Notes under the pieces: model-generated
Databases searched by the model: none
Seen by the model: only the letters and a program-made list of their open reading frames with translations
Told to the model about the DNA's origin: nothing
Part shown: in pieces, positions 26,856 to 39,164 of the stretch
Layout: each line of letters starts with the position of its first letter
How positions within the stretch are numbered: the stretch's first letter is position 1
Assembly: GCF_018977255.1 (NCBI RefSeq)
Contig: NW_024704761.1
Coordinates: forward strand, 6,946,001 to 7,010,000
Direction of reading: 5' to 3'
DNA: 64,000 nt
DNA from: Callorhinchus milii
Lineage: Eukaryota
Made by a program: the position numbers and the translations under genes

Positions 26856-27479
26856 GTATACACTTTACAGCAATAACCTGTGAAGCACTTTGATGTGGGA
26901 CAAAATTATATGCATTATGTCAAATGGGCCAAAATCACCATATGGTACTTAAATTATCTTGAAGAGGCAAACTGTCTTGTTTAGATAGACAATAAAGCAC
27001 ATTCTCCAGAATCGTAAAGTTCTGCAACACACATTGGTGCCTCATTTCCTTCCTCTCTCGCCCCACCCCCACCAACCCCCATCCTTCTACCTCCATGTCT
27101 GACCTTTCTATAGAGTGTGATGGTTGAATTATAGTCCAGACACTATGTGACATTGGTCTAAAGTTATCAGCAAACATTGGCAGCTGTAAAGGGAGAATAT
27201 GAATGAGATTTAATCAGGAGTGCCATCCACTTTGCAGGAATGCAATACACATCCTGACGAAACCCTGGAGATTCATCAAGAGTCTTTTCAGGCCTACGAG
27301 TTCAGCAAAGCTTTTTATGTCCTTGATTGCGATGCTCATTTGTAATTGGAAATGGTAGCAAAATAAACAGTGGAGAGGAAGTTTGCAATGGGATGTCCTG
27401 TCTCTTCTGACCCGTGCAGATGCAACGCTAAGTACAATGTATAGTATTTGATTGGCAATAACTCACTTTTGTGCATATG

Positions 27480-28075
27480 TCACAATGCAGGACTTTGGAT
27501 GAGACTTTCAACCAAGATCCCTTCTATCTGTTCAGGTGGACGTTAAAGATCCGTAACACCATTGGAAAAGAGAACTGAGTTCTTTTTGGTGTCCTGGTTG
27601 GCCAACAATCCTCCAGATTGTTTGTTCACTTAATCCTTGCACTTTGATATAGCGCTTTTCACGTCGGGAGGACGTCCCAAAGCACTTCACAGAACACACT
27701 GTAAAGTGAATTGACTGTATATTTGTGGGCGAACGCGGCAGCCAATTGCACACAGCAATGTCTCACAAACAATCGTAGATTGAAAATGACCAATTTATTA
27801 TTGTTTTTGGTTTTGGAGGGATTATTATTAGACGTGTGGAGTAAGGAAACTTGCCCAAGGTTTCGCCCTGCCTGGGATTGAACTCAGGTCTCTCGCTTGC
27901 AAAGCGAGTGCTCTAACCACTGAGCTACAGGACTCCACAAATGGCTTTATGGGACCTTTGCATGTGAAAATTGGCTCCCTACATATGCTCTGCCATCACT
28001 AGACTGGACAGCAATTATCTGTGAAGTGCTTTGAGATGTCTACCCTGTTATAAACACTACACCAAACACAAGTAG
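27480..28075 (+). mobile_element. Older Deu-domain SINE split by a young SINE insertion
   Basis: 5' part ggatgagactttcaaccaag...gttcaggtggacgttaaagatcc...ggccaacaatc. The 3' part resumes at 27937 (gggacctttgcatgtgaaaattggct...gtgaagtgctttgagatgtc). Confidence 0.7.
27631..27936 (-). mobile_element. Full-length young tRNA-Ala-derived SINE (short, A-tail subfamily)
   Basis: Near-identical to 9525-9831, with intact box A and box B. Confidence 0.95.
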
Positions 28076-28876
28076 CAGTAATATTTCTTAAAAATCCCAA
28101 ATTATTTCATTATTGCAATTATCTCATGCGCCTTAACTCTATTTACCCTGTGCATTGGCCGGCAAAATCGTTATGTTAGAAAGAAGTAAACTTTGCTATT
28201 GGTATAAACTTTGATTGGATTTTACAAGGTCCACTGAATGTCACACAGTGCATTCATTGGATTGTCAACTGTGCTTAATGACTGGTGGCAGAATTGTTAT
28301 AAGCAAAATCATCTCCTGATCAGGGGCTCAATTGATGCTTTTTCAATTTTCTATCACAAATTTCAGGGTTAACAACAGTCAGTCATTAAGAGTCCGAGTG
28401 CAATTGGGATCTAACATCGCCAGCAACAAGGTGCTGCAGGGAGGAAGCATAGTCCATCGCCTGAGGGTTTCAGACTGAGCTGACATTCCCCTGAATGAAA
28501 TATGGTACCAATTGCAAACTGTGCCAACAGATCACTGTCATCACTTCAATGTTGTCAGACGGCCTTAAGGTGACAGCAGACATGATGCACCATTGTCATT
28601 CAATGAAAATACTTTCTGATGAATAAACCGTACCCGGTACTCAGTATGTCAGGTGAGGATCCCAAAAAGAAGTTAGACCTTGTCCCCCACTCGGAGTAAA
28701 AGCATTTGCGCCAATGGGGATCTTACTGTCTGAAATCACTGTCACTGTAATCGCAAAAAAGGATTTTTTTGAGGGGGTATGAAAAGGGACAAGAGCAAAA
28801 GGGAGAATTTAGCTCTTATGAACGTGGGGAAACATGAGTCACGCTGCTTGTTGCAATGTCCTTGGTGAGCAATATA

Positions 28877-29230
28877 GAGTCCTGTAGCTCAGTCACAAGC
28901 GAGAGACCTGGATTTGATTCCTGGCAGGATGAAATGTTGGGCAAATTTTGTTACTCCACACTCCTCTGTTTACCTAGCAGTAAGTAGGAATCTGGTTGTT
29001 AGTCGATTGGTGGATCGTTTTTCCGGGGGTAATAATTGCTTTAAAAAAATAGTATATTGATTACTTCAATCCACAACTATTTATGAGATGCTGCTGCGCA
29101 CAATTAGCTGCCCATTTTGCCCACAAACTATACAGTTTCCACACTTTGCAGTATATTCTGTGAAGCGCTTTGAGATGTCTCGAAGACATGATAAAGCGCC
29201 ATATCAAATGCAAGGATTATCATTATTATA
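28877..29230 (+). mobile_element. tRNA-derived SINE, long subfamily (full CORE-like segment, B tail)
   Basis: gagtcctgtagctcag...ttgggcaaattttgttactccacactcctctgtttacctagcagtaagtaggaa, then Deu segment and gatgtctcgaagacatgataaagcgcc. Confidence 0.9.
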
Positions 29231-29990
29231 TCGGTGATGGGAACCTGCCTAGTGTTGGATACTCATTAAGACAATAAGAACCAAATGACTGGGATCAGGA
29301 GGTAGAAAAATAGAAAGCAGGAGAACTGAGCAGAGGGTTTTTGGTTTAACTGTTTCGGATTTGTAACTTGCGAGCTGAAATAAAAGAGTGTTCTACACAT
29401 GTTTGTTTGGAACATAACATCTAGGCTCAGCCTCAAGAAGCACTGTAATCATTGTGCCGTTTGAGGCTGATTTATCATATCACTGTTTGTAGCTTGTCTC
29501 CTTGTCTCCCCAGTCAAGCTCTGACTGGAAGTCTACTTGAGCAAGACACGCAAACAACACGCAGCTTGCTTTACAATGTAGTACAGAGGAGGATCCATGA
29601 GTGAAGCCAGCCTGGGATAGTATTTCTCTAATAACAGTAGTAAGCTGCTTGTTTACGAGTCCCACAGCCTCAGGAATTCTGATTGTTAAACTATAAGTTG
29701 TGACCCCAGTGGTCAAAATGTCCGGCTCTATTTTCCAGTTGAATTCATGGTTTTACTGCTTACGTTTCTGTACTGTTTTGACTGTGGAGCTTCCTATTCT
29801 GACACCATCTCCTGAGAGCTGGTTAGAAGGAACACTGACTCTTTAATGCAAACTGCCTGTCAATGGAGGAGTTGTACTTTGGGAAGAGATGTATTTTTCA
29901 TTGAGAACATTAGACTCAGTTGGAGCACTGACCTGTACCATACATATTTATTACTTTGTGTATGGTAACAAATCAATACCAGGGAGTTTG

Positions 29991-30051
29991 GAAATGATCT
30001 AAATCATTAAGAAATGATCTAAATCATTAAGAGATGATCTAAATCATTAAG
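29991..30051. repeat. Tandem repeat, 3 x 20 bp (GAAATGATCTAAATCATTAA)
   Basis: Three copies with one substitution in the third. Confidence 0.95.
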
Positions 30052-31129
30052 CAAAATAATACTTGTATTAGATATACTGTGATTCCTTTTCACAATGGAA
30101 TATTTCAGAGAGTCTTTGTACAATGAGTTACATTGAAAAGTAATGACTTGTGTACGCAACAAAAGCAGCTCATTTGCAAAAAGACCCAAAACAGCAATGA
30201 GATGAATGACCAATTAGTCCTTTTTTTTATGACTGAGACTGGTTTCCATTACATGCAGGATTTACTGCATACTATTTGAAAGAGACGAAAGTATATTTCA
30301 CACGAGATGTACAGATTGAAGTGCAGTTTTGATTCTCATACAGATTTTTGCAGTAAGCAGTGCATTCCACTTTTTATGCTGTTATGTGATGTTCAGGAGT
30401 TTGTGCTGTGATTCAGTTTCATGCACGTCCAGGCTTACATGATAATCTTAAGCAATATCCCAGTAGCCCAATGTTTGAAAGTGCACAAAGCAACAAGAAT
30501 TCGAGCCTCCAGGGAATTGGCTCCTGATTTTGTAGGGATGAACATATCTGCTAATGAGCAAAAATTAGCAAATTTCAGCATTTGTGGAGGCAGTCTTTAG
30601 AACCTTGTAATTCCACACCTGAGATATTAGTCTGGAGATTTCAAAGCTCCTGTCAGCATGTAAGAAGATGAGACATTTGCAGAAAATACTCAATCACTTG
30701 TGCTTATTGGCCTATACATCACGTAATCTTTTTCAAATTCAATTCCCTCCAAATTCACCCAGTCTGGCCCATCTATAAAGAAAAGGTGCATGGGAGGAGA
30801 TCTCAGAGTAATATAACACTGAAGTAACCACAGTGTGACTTCCTCTTAGTCAAATGGTCATAAGCTTGAACTCTTAATGTCACCAACTGATCAAATGTAC
30901 CCGCACCAGTCAAATGAGTTTTATCAGGTTTGAGGAAAATGACTGGAACCATCCAAGAAGAAGGGATTTCATCTCAAAGGATAGGACAATCCATTAGCCA
31001 GCTCAACAACAACAACTTGCATTTATACAGTGCCCTCCACGCCGGATAGCATCCTAGAGCTCATTTTTATTACTGTGTTTCCTCCAGGAACATAATAGAC
31101 CAACGGGATCCAATTCAGACGCTATGAAT

Positions 31130-31390
31130 TCACAATTTGCATCAAAATTGGCTGCAGCATTTGCCTGTGAAATATACAGTCACTACACTGAGAGTAAATC
31201 TCAGGAAGAACTCTGAGATGTCCTCCTGACATACAAGGTGTTATATTGCCCACAAAATATGCAATCAATTCACTTTAGACTATATTCAGTGAAGCGCTTT
31301 CAGATGTCTCGAAGACGTGATAAGGCGCTATATCAAATGCAAGAATCATTATGATTATCATTAATATCATCATCATTATTATTATTATTT
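31130..31390 (+). mobile_element. Two head-to-tail SINE 3' fragments
   Basis: Diverged copy at ~31130-31246, then gcccacaaaatatgcaatcaattcac...gacgtgataaggcgctatatcaaatgcaag with an (ATT/ATC)n tail. Confidence 0.8.
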
Positions 31391-32036
31391 CTCATTATTA
31401 AAAGCAGCTTGCTGAATTTTTCAGAGACACTTGGACAAAAACAAGCGGTAAGACAACTTAAATATACATCAGACATGTGTAAACTGACAAAGAGAGAAAG
31501 AGCCAGCTGAGAATAAAACGAAGGACTAGATTTCGCTGTCAAGTGAATTAAATTCTACAGGGATTTAGAGGTTGATGGGTGTTATACAAGCCTGAAATTA
31601 CAGACTGCGTTTACTTTCCCCTCAGGTAATCTTTAATGGCCTTCCTCTTAATTCACAAACTTTATTTCTTAATTTGCCTCTATTCAGGCAGTGCCATTTA
31701 ACTCTGGTCAAATATATAATTAGTCGACACAATTGTTTTTCTTTGCCATCTGAAAAGGGCAAGTTCCTGCACATTTGAACCTGACAGAAGAATCCATGTT
31801 CTGCATCAAAGAGTGCGCCTTATGATTAATCAGCTGAAGAAGAAATTGCCTGCATCACAATAGATTTTTCTTTTCTTGGGAGAGAATAAGGAACCGAGAG
31901 AAGTTTCTAATTTAATATAGCTATTAGGATCGCAGCATGCAGGTTCCTCCATTAGGAGAGACCGTGACGAATGGAAGGTAATGAAGCTAATAGTGGCCTC
32001 TGCATTTACTCATTAACTCCAAATAAATTACAACTC

Positions 32037-32116
32037 TGTGTGTATGCGATTGAGTGTTTGTGTGTGTATTTGTGTGTGCATATGTGTGGGTGAGTGCGGG
32101 TGAGTGTGTGCGTGCA
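32037..32116. repeat. Degenerate (TG)n microsatellite
   Basis: tgtgtgtatgcg...gtgtgtgtatttgtgtgtgcatatgtgtgggtgagtg. Confidence 0.7.
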
Positions 32117-34381
32117 CAAGTGTTTCAGAGTATAAACGGAGACAGGAGTGAAGCTGACAAAACAGGAAACCGGTGGACAGGAAACAAAAGAGGGAGAGAG
32201 AAAAAATACAAGAGAAATAGGAAGAGGAAATGAAAGTAGAATGAGAAGCAGAAGAAAGAGGAATCATTTGTTTCTGAGCGATCCCTAAATCTGTTTACGT
32301 TTCATGTAATTCCTTCATCTGAAGCTTTGCAAAAACTCTTCGACAATCAGTTTCTGAAGGGTCGTATAGTTCTCCAGGCAAACTAGCATCAACCCTTACA
32401 TTTGATGTGCGATGCTTTTTCTTCTCTCTCTCTCGATTTAAGCTGCTGTGTTCTCAGATCTTCTGTTTCCAACTATCATAATGTCTCAAAGCACTTCACG
32501 TGGAATTTGTGTAAACTATAGAGACTGTTTCAGTGCTCTGAGAGACTATCCTGCGTGAAGGGCACTATATAAATGCAAGTTGTTTTTGTTTGTTTGTTGA
32601 TTTGTAGGCCAACAGCGCAGACAATTTGTGCACAGAAATGTACAACAAACAGTGCAAAGTGTTTATGAATTGCAGTGAAGTGAATGATTAGCTTTCTCTG
32701 GATAAGGAGGATTGGAGTTTCAGTTGTGTGGAAAACAGTTTTTACCCCACTCCCCCCCAGCATAATCCACATACACATAATCTAAACGCTAACAAGGGTA
32801 GGAATGTGTTGTGGATGAGGATGTGCTGCGCGGATGAAATACTCCTGTGTTAAATGGCACCTGAACCCACAGTGTGTTGAAATGTATGGTGAGCGATGAG
32901 TAAGATAAATATATCATTATATATAACTCACTTTGTTCATATAATTAATGGAGCGCGATTTTTGTAGCTTCTGCGATGCTTTTTCTCTCTCTCTCTCTCT
33001 CTCTCGATTTAAGCTGCCGCGTTCTCAGATCTTCTGTTTCCAATTTTAATTACCCAACATCTGGATGGGAATGGACCCACCACCTGTTCTCGTAGCGACA
33101 TGTGGAAGGAACAATGGCAGGATGGCAACACAGTGGAGCTTACTTATTATCTCTTTTATCGTCGTTTCCTGTCTATTGTCAGGCTTTTTATAGTGTGCCA
33201 TCTCTTTCTTGTGCGCTGACTGGGGCAGGAGAGCAAACTGCGGGGCAGGAAAGGGATTTGGGAGTTACTGTGGTAGAAAACGATTGAAGCATTTGATTCA
33301 TGTTCTGCCCAGCAACGGTTTTTGAGCAAGAAGCATTTTTAATGTGATTGAAGAGTTGCTTGAGCTGGACATCAGAACTCTGCCTCCTGACAATGTGATG
33401 AAAACTGGGGGAATTTAAGCCAGACTCCCTGATATCCATCGCTTCATTACTGCACACGGTATCACCACAGTATAAACCAATAACTAAAAGTGCATCACTC
33501 ACTCCCACAGGAATTCCACTCCACTATGACCTACTATCCAGTAACGACAACAATTTACATTTACAAAGCGCCCTAAACATAGAGTAACATCTCGGAGCCC
33601 TTTACGGTTGCAGAGGTGGATGCCACGCAGGGGGAAATGGTTTAACTGTGGAACACACAGTTCTATCCCCAAACAGTCTCCATTTGCGACTCATAGTTCT
33701 TGTTAAGGATATAGAGTCTTTAACAATCACGTTGGAAATCACAGCATTTTAGATCTTCTTACAAGTGCTCGCTCTGTATCTGGGCAAAGGAGTGAGGGGA
33801 ATAGAAGGGCGGCAAGGTGGAGATCAACTGATAAGGCATTACCCCATTGGGTTGGGTTAAATACCCTTTTCCAATTCTTACCAAAAGAAAAAAAACTTAT
33901 GTTTTTACAGCACATTACAACATTGAAGCATGTGAAAGCACTTTGCAAGCAATTACTGTGAAGTGTAGTGACTGCTTTTGCAGAGAACATTTCAAATGGT
34001 GCTCTGTTCATTTAACCTGACAGTGTTGTTAATTCATCCTGTTAATTCCTGTCTGATTGTCACTTCAGGGTAGTTTCATATTAAGAGCAAAGAAATAATT
34101 AAATGGTTGGATAGAAGTTGTTCCCAGCATTAATGTTGGTATTTAATTCTAAATAATTGCACATTAATATTTGCTTTGGGGACCGACAAGGTCTGCGAGG
34201 AAGCCATTGTTTACAAATGAAAGACGGCAGAACACAGATCACATGATAACACTGAAATGACAGGATGTCGTTCTTTGTACTTTATTTGTTTGGTTTTGTT
34301 TGCTTATTAGCTCCCTCTCCAGCCTGCTCAGTTAGGTCTGCGATCCTATCGCCACCCACCACCCCACCACCACCGCACCCC

Positions 34382-34665
34382 GTCTCACTTGGCTCCACCG
34401 GCTGTCTAAGCCCTAGCAAATCACCATTAAGATCCTCGTTCTTACCTTCAGAGCTCTTACTAAGGAAGCCTCCATGGCTTTGCCCCACCCCAAGTGTACG
34501 ATCTCCTGGGCAGTTCCTCCCCAGGACGCTACTCACCATTGTTCACACCTGCTTCACACTCCTCACCACTGCATCCCACCATTGGAGGCTGAGCTTTCAA
34601 CTACTTTACCCTCAGCCTCTGGAACTCTCTTCTGAAATCTTTAAATCATTCCCTTCTACCAAGTA
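34382..34665 (+). mobile_element. Degraded L2 ORF2 C-terminal fragment
   Basis: Remnants of LHWL..., attaagatcctcgttcttaccttc (KILVLTF), ctccatggctttgcccca (LHGxAP) and ctctggaactctctt (LWNSL). Confidence 0.7.
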
Positions 34666-34899
34666 ACGGACAAATAAGGATAACAACGTAAGGGCAGATT
34701 ATCGTTGGGGAACATTCCTGCCAATTAACAAATAATTTGCAAGTCCAAGGCCTATGTAAGGAATTGATTTAGTTTTGTTGACTGATTCTCCAGTGTGGTA
34801 CTAGGGGAGTGCTATATTCTTGGTCTTTCCGTTGAGATGTCAAAATAAGCGATAACTGTTCAAGATTTGCAAAGAATTCCGCCTGATATCCTGATAATA

Positions 34900-35122
34900 A
34901 CAAATAATCCTTGCATTTGATATAGCGCTTTTTCACATCTTCTAGACGTCTCAAAGCATTTCACAGAATGTACTGTACAGTGAATTCACTGCATATTGGT
35001 GGGCAAAACCCAGCAGCCAATTGCACACAGTGTCCCACAAACAGTCATGGATTGAGTGACCAAATTATTATTGTTTTTTTTCTTGAAGGGTTATTATCAG
35101 GCGTGTGCAGTAAGGAAAACTG
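34900..35122 (-). mobile_element. SINE, short-type body with B-like tail, head missing
   Basis: Tail ttttcacatcttctagacgtctcaaagc and short junction gggttattatcaggcgtgtgcagtaaggaaa. Confidence 0.85.
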
Positions 35123-35164
35123 TGGACACCACTTTTGGCATGGTTTAAAGCAAAACGGAGATGT

Positions 35165-35545
35165 TAATAATCCTTGAATTGTTTTGATACAGCGTCTTAT
35201 CACGTCTTCGAGACGTCTCAAAGCGCTTCACAGAATAGACTGTAAAGTGAATTGACAGTATATTTTGTGGGTGAAACGTGACAGCCAATTGTGCACAGCA
35301 GTGTTCCACGAACGGTCGTGGATTGAAGTGACCAATTTATTATTATTATTTTTTTGAAGGAATTATTAACACCCGGAAAAGCAATCCGCCAATCGACGAA
35401 CGACCGAGTTCCTACTTACTGCTAAGTAAACAGAGGCATATGTGGTAAGGAAAATTAAATGTAATTTTGTTGTTGTTCCCTAACATTTTGGGATCGAACC
35501 CAGGAGTCTCGCTTGTGAGGCGAGTGCACTGAGCTATAGAACTCC
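35165..35545 (-). mobile_element. tRNA-derived SINE, long subfamily, full length
   Basis: Tail tcacgtcttcgagacgtctcaaagcg, Deu segment, CORE-like cctacttactgctaagtaaacagaggc, and head gggatcgaacccaggagtctcgc...gagctatagaactcc. Confidence 0.9.
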
Positions 35546-36549
35546 ACCAGTTAAGCCAGTTACGCTCTTCTTGATGTGGAACACACAGTTCTTGGAGGTA
35601 AGAAGGCGGTTGTTTCCAAGCGCTAAAGGTCAACTATTTACAAGCAATGCGTCTCGATCCTGTGGATCAGACTAAAGAAGTAAACAAGTTCAAACCTTCT
35701 TTCTGGAGCAATCAAATTACAATTTTCTCTGATTATTAGCAGAAGTGCTCCAACTGTCTTGGGCTGATATTGGATCTCACATGGATTAAGATTTGTAGTG
35801 CCCAGTGCTCGATCCTGCTAAGTTCACCGTGAAACAGTTTGAATTGCTTATCATTAACGATTCACCCAGTGTGTTAGTCATTTATGGAGAGCTTTGCTGC
35901 TGGCACACAGAATTTTTTTTATTGCTTTAGAGGAACTGCTGATATTTTGTTTACTAGCATTCAATAGGCTGTTTTGTTGCGATCCAATGGGCTTTATTGG
36001 CTATGTTCCATCTATCCAGAGCTGACAGGTGTCGTAAGACTGTTTCCTAATGGTCTTCATTCAATTTTCCTGCATCAAAGTTCTTCCAGTCCTAACAGGA
36101 ACTACCGTTTCTTTTCTTACTGTTCGTTTTGTATTTCAGGTACACACTGATGTGCATGTTGCAGTCCGGAGCAAATGATTTTAGTTAGTTGAATTGTGCA
36201 GCCTATGATGTGCACATGTGTTGATATGTTAGTAAAGTACCGTAACTGTTCCAATGTCTGGTTGTTATTTACTTGTCAGGAACAGCTGGGTAAGAATGAA
36301 GAACACCTGTATTTGCTTAACTTACACTTTGCTGAAACCCTGAGTGCTGTTCTTTACCTTGGAACAATTATCTCCTTCCTCCAATTCTTTCTTTTTAAAA
36401 AAAAACTAGAGCTCTGAAATGGGCGGGTCTCAGTCAGGCACTGTCCTCTTCATGTTCATTTTACACGTTTGAAGGACTTGCTTATATTTGGAACAGAACC
36501 GAAGAGACTTCAGAAAGAATTCAGTAAAATTACAAGAGTGTTATGCCCC

Positions 36550-36665
36550 CAAAATAATAATAATTATCCTTCCATTTGGTATTGTGTTGTTCATGTCAAG
36601 AAGCCATCCCCAGTGCGCTTCACAGGATATACTGTAAAGTGGAGTGACTGTGTGTCTTGTGTATG
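36550..36665 (-). mobile_element. SINE 3' fragment
   Basis: gcgcttcacaggatatactgtaaagtggagtgactgtg. Confidence 0.7.
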
Positions 36666-37439
36666 AATGTCTTAGGCGCACACAATTGTAATTGGTGGAA
36701 TAGCAGAGCAGATCTGAGGATACTTCTGTCTTGAGCTGCACATTGATTGACCTTGATACTGCCATTGGGGTGATATGTGTCAAGTTGGGTTAATTATAGG
36801 TGAATTGGAATCCTTTTAGGAGATTGGGTCAGGGCCAGCAGATTACTAGCTACTTGCTGCTGAACTGTCACTGTGGATGAGCGATTCTGGAAATGATCCT
36901 CACAGCTGCCAGGAAAGGACCCAGATATAATTAGGATCTTCTTATGAACCTCAAGGAATGTTCCGATTTAATGATGCAATGATATTTCTGTCCTCCATAA
37001 AAAGTAGCTTGAAATTACAGATCTAATGTCATACAATGATTTGAGAGACCAGGAACATAAGAATTTCTAAGAAGAGGAAATCGCTAAATCCGCTTCGGTC
37101 ATTTGGCCCAACCATCCCATATTAACTATTCCAGATTCTAGGATTCCTCCCAATAAAGGACTGGAAAAGATGTGTGCAATCTTGGTAGATAACAGGTTGA
37201 AATATGTTACATTAAATGAAAGTTTTCCTTTGTTCCTCCTTTCCACACTTAGTGCCTTGCAGGAGTCCCTATCTTCTCTTTTCTCTCTGCACTATGTTCT
37301 CTGCGTTCCAAGATCATCTCAACAACTGCTTGACTTGTGTTCCTCATCTTGTCGTGTTCAGGCCCGTTCTTCGATATTTCACAAGGCCAGGTGTGCTTGT
37401 GTAGCAATATCCTACCCTTGGTTTGTTCCTGGAACCTTT

Positions 37440-37570
37440 ATTGTTTGTAGACATTGCTGTGTGGAAATTGGCTGCAAAACACACTGTCACTCCACTTTTA
37501 TAGTGAAGCGCTTTGAGAAGTCCTCCAGACAAGAAAGGCGCTACATTAAATGTAAGGATTATTATTATAT
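37440..37570 (+). mobile_element. SINE 3' fragment inside the 22-bp inverted-repeat interval
   Basis: gacattgctgtgtggaaattggctgc...gtgaagcgctttgagaagtcc...aaatgtaaggattattatt. Confidence 0.8.
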
Positions 37571-38459
37571 GTGTTCACCTGTGAAATTTATACATGTAAC
37601 GCTAGAAAATCCAATGCCATCCTCTTATTGAAAAAATAGAAGCTGAGTGAAATTGAAACCTGTTTAACTCCAGCTGGAAGGATAGCTACAAAAAAGTTGT
37701 ATATTTGGTGTTACGGGAGCTGCGATCTTAAATGAATGCTTTTCAAGTTCCAATAATACGTTGTTTTTCCTTAAGCTTAATGAATATTTTTCACACACAC
37801 TGCTTAGTTCTTCCCATTTGTACGGTTGTTTTTTTCTGCAATTTATGTAACCGGGGGCAAGTAAGTACGCCTCACCTGCAGAATTTACAACTCATTTGAA
37901 TTTCTAAAACATTCAGTGAGAGCGAAGCGGATTTAGCGATTTCCAAGTCACCTTTGCACACTGTGTACCACCTTCACACACCTTTAACTTTGTGTTTTGC
38001 TCATTTCAATATTCATCATTCAAGACGCTTGCAATGAGATTGGGGATTTGATGCACGCATGAATCAATCGCTCATGGAATTGAAACCAAGCAAAACACCG
38101 ACAGTTTTCAAAGGGGAAGAAAAAAACCTCTGAGAATTTTCCCCTCGTTTTTTCCCGTTTGTTGAAAGCTGTAGCCTGTTTGGTTTGGATGCTCTTAAAC
38201 ATGGTGATGGATTTCCGCATGTGTCAGACATCTGGCTGACCCGCTAAAAAATAGCCTGTGATGATTGTGCTCACTGGGGAGCTATGAGCTTTGAGATCGA
38301 TGAAATGAACAGGAGAAGAAGAGTTTGGGTCCATTGTGGTTGTCCTTGTTCCGTATTTTCGAGTGGAACAGAATTAAACAAACAGAAAGTTAGCGGAACA
38401 TTCAGATGCTTGTAACTTTGCTTCAAGTGAACTGTGCACCGAATGGGAGGTTGCAATGT

Positions 38460-38530
38460 GCACATAAGAATTTGCTCGGTGAAAGAAGACCAAGGTCCAT
38501 CCAGTTTGCCTTCCACCATCCCGGCAGTCG
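38460..38530 (-). mobile_element. CR1-type tail fragment
   Basis: Minus strand gatggaccttggtcttctttc...ttcttatgt, with further cataagaa repeats to ~38620. Confidence 0.5.
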
Positions 38531-38752
38531 CATGCACATGTCATGTCCCTAACTACATACTGTATCCTGAGATATTATTCCCTATAAGAACACAAGAATT
38601 GCTAGGTGAGAACATAAGAATTCTACCAATGATGAAAAAAGTATATTTTGTTGGAAAACACTTTTGGGATGAATTTCAATTCGTGCCAATTTCTTTTAAC
38701 TGAAATGGTGTGAGGTTTGTGACTTTTTTTGGAATGAATATGTTACATTCGT

Positions 38753-38807
38753 GGAAGAAGGAGAAGGAGGAGGAGAAGAAGGAGAAGAAGAAAAGAGAAG
38801 AAGAAGA
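38753..38807. repeat. Polypurine (GAA/GGA)n tract
   Basis: ggaagaaggagaaggaggaggagaagaaggagaagaagaaaagagaagaagaag. Confidence 0.85.
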
Positions 38808-39164
38808 CATTTGGATTTCTGTTGAGAGTAATTTGTGTTTTACACTCCATTGGTCTTAACTCAACAGCTTTTTCCAAAAACATAACAAAAACATAACATA
38901 ACAACTGTCAAAATGTATTTGTTTTGTAGGAGCTCAGAGTAAAGGCACTATGTGAGATTATTCTAATTTATAACACTGATTCTAATGCATGTTATTAGAA
39001 TCAGTTCCTCAGGAACAAAGAAACCAGGTTAAATACTCTAATTGTACAATGGTTTCTGCATGGCCCCTAAAGACAGCATTACTTGGAAATAAAACAAAAG
39101 CCTACATTATTTGTTAATCTGAAATGTGAATCCAATTATTGGGATTACATGGCATTAATAATAA

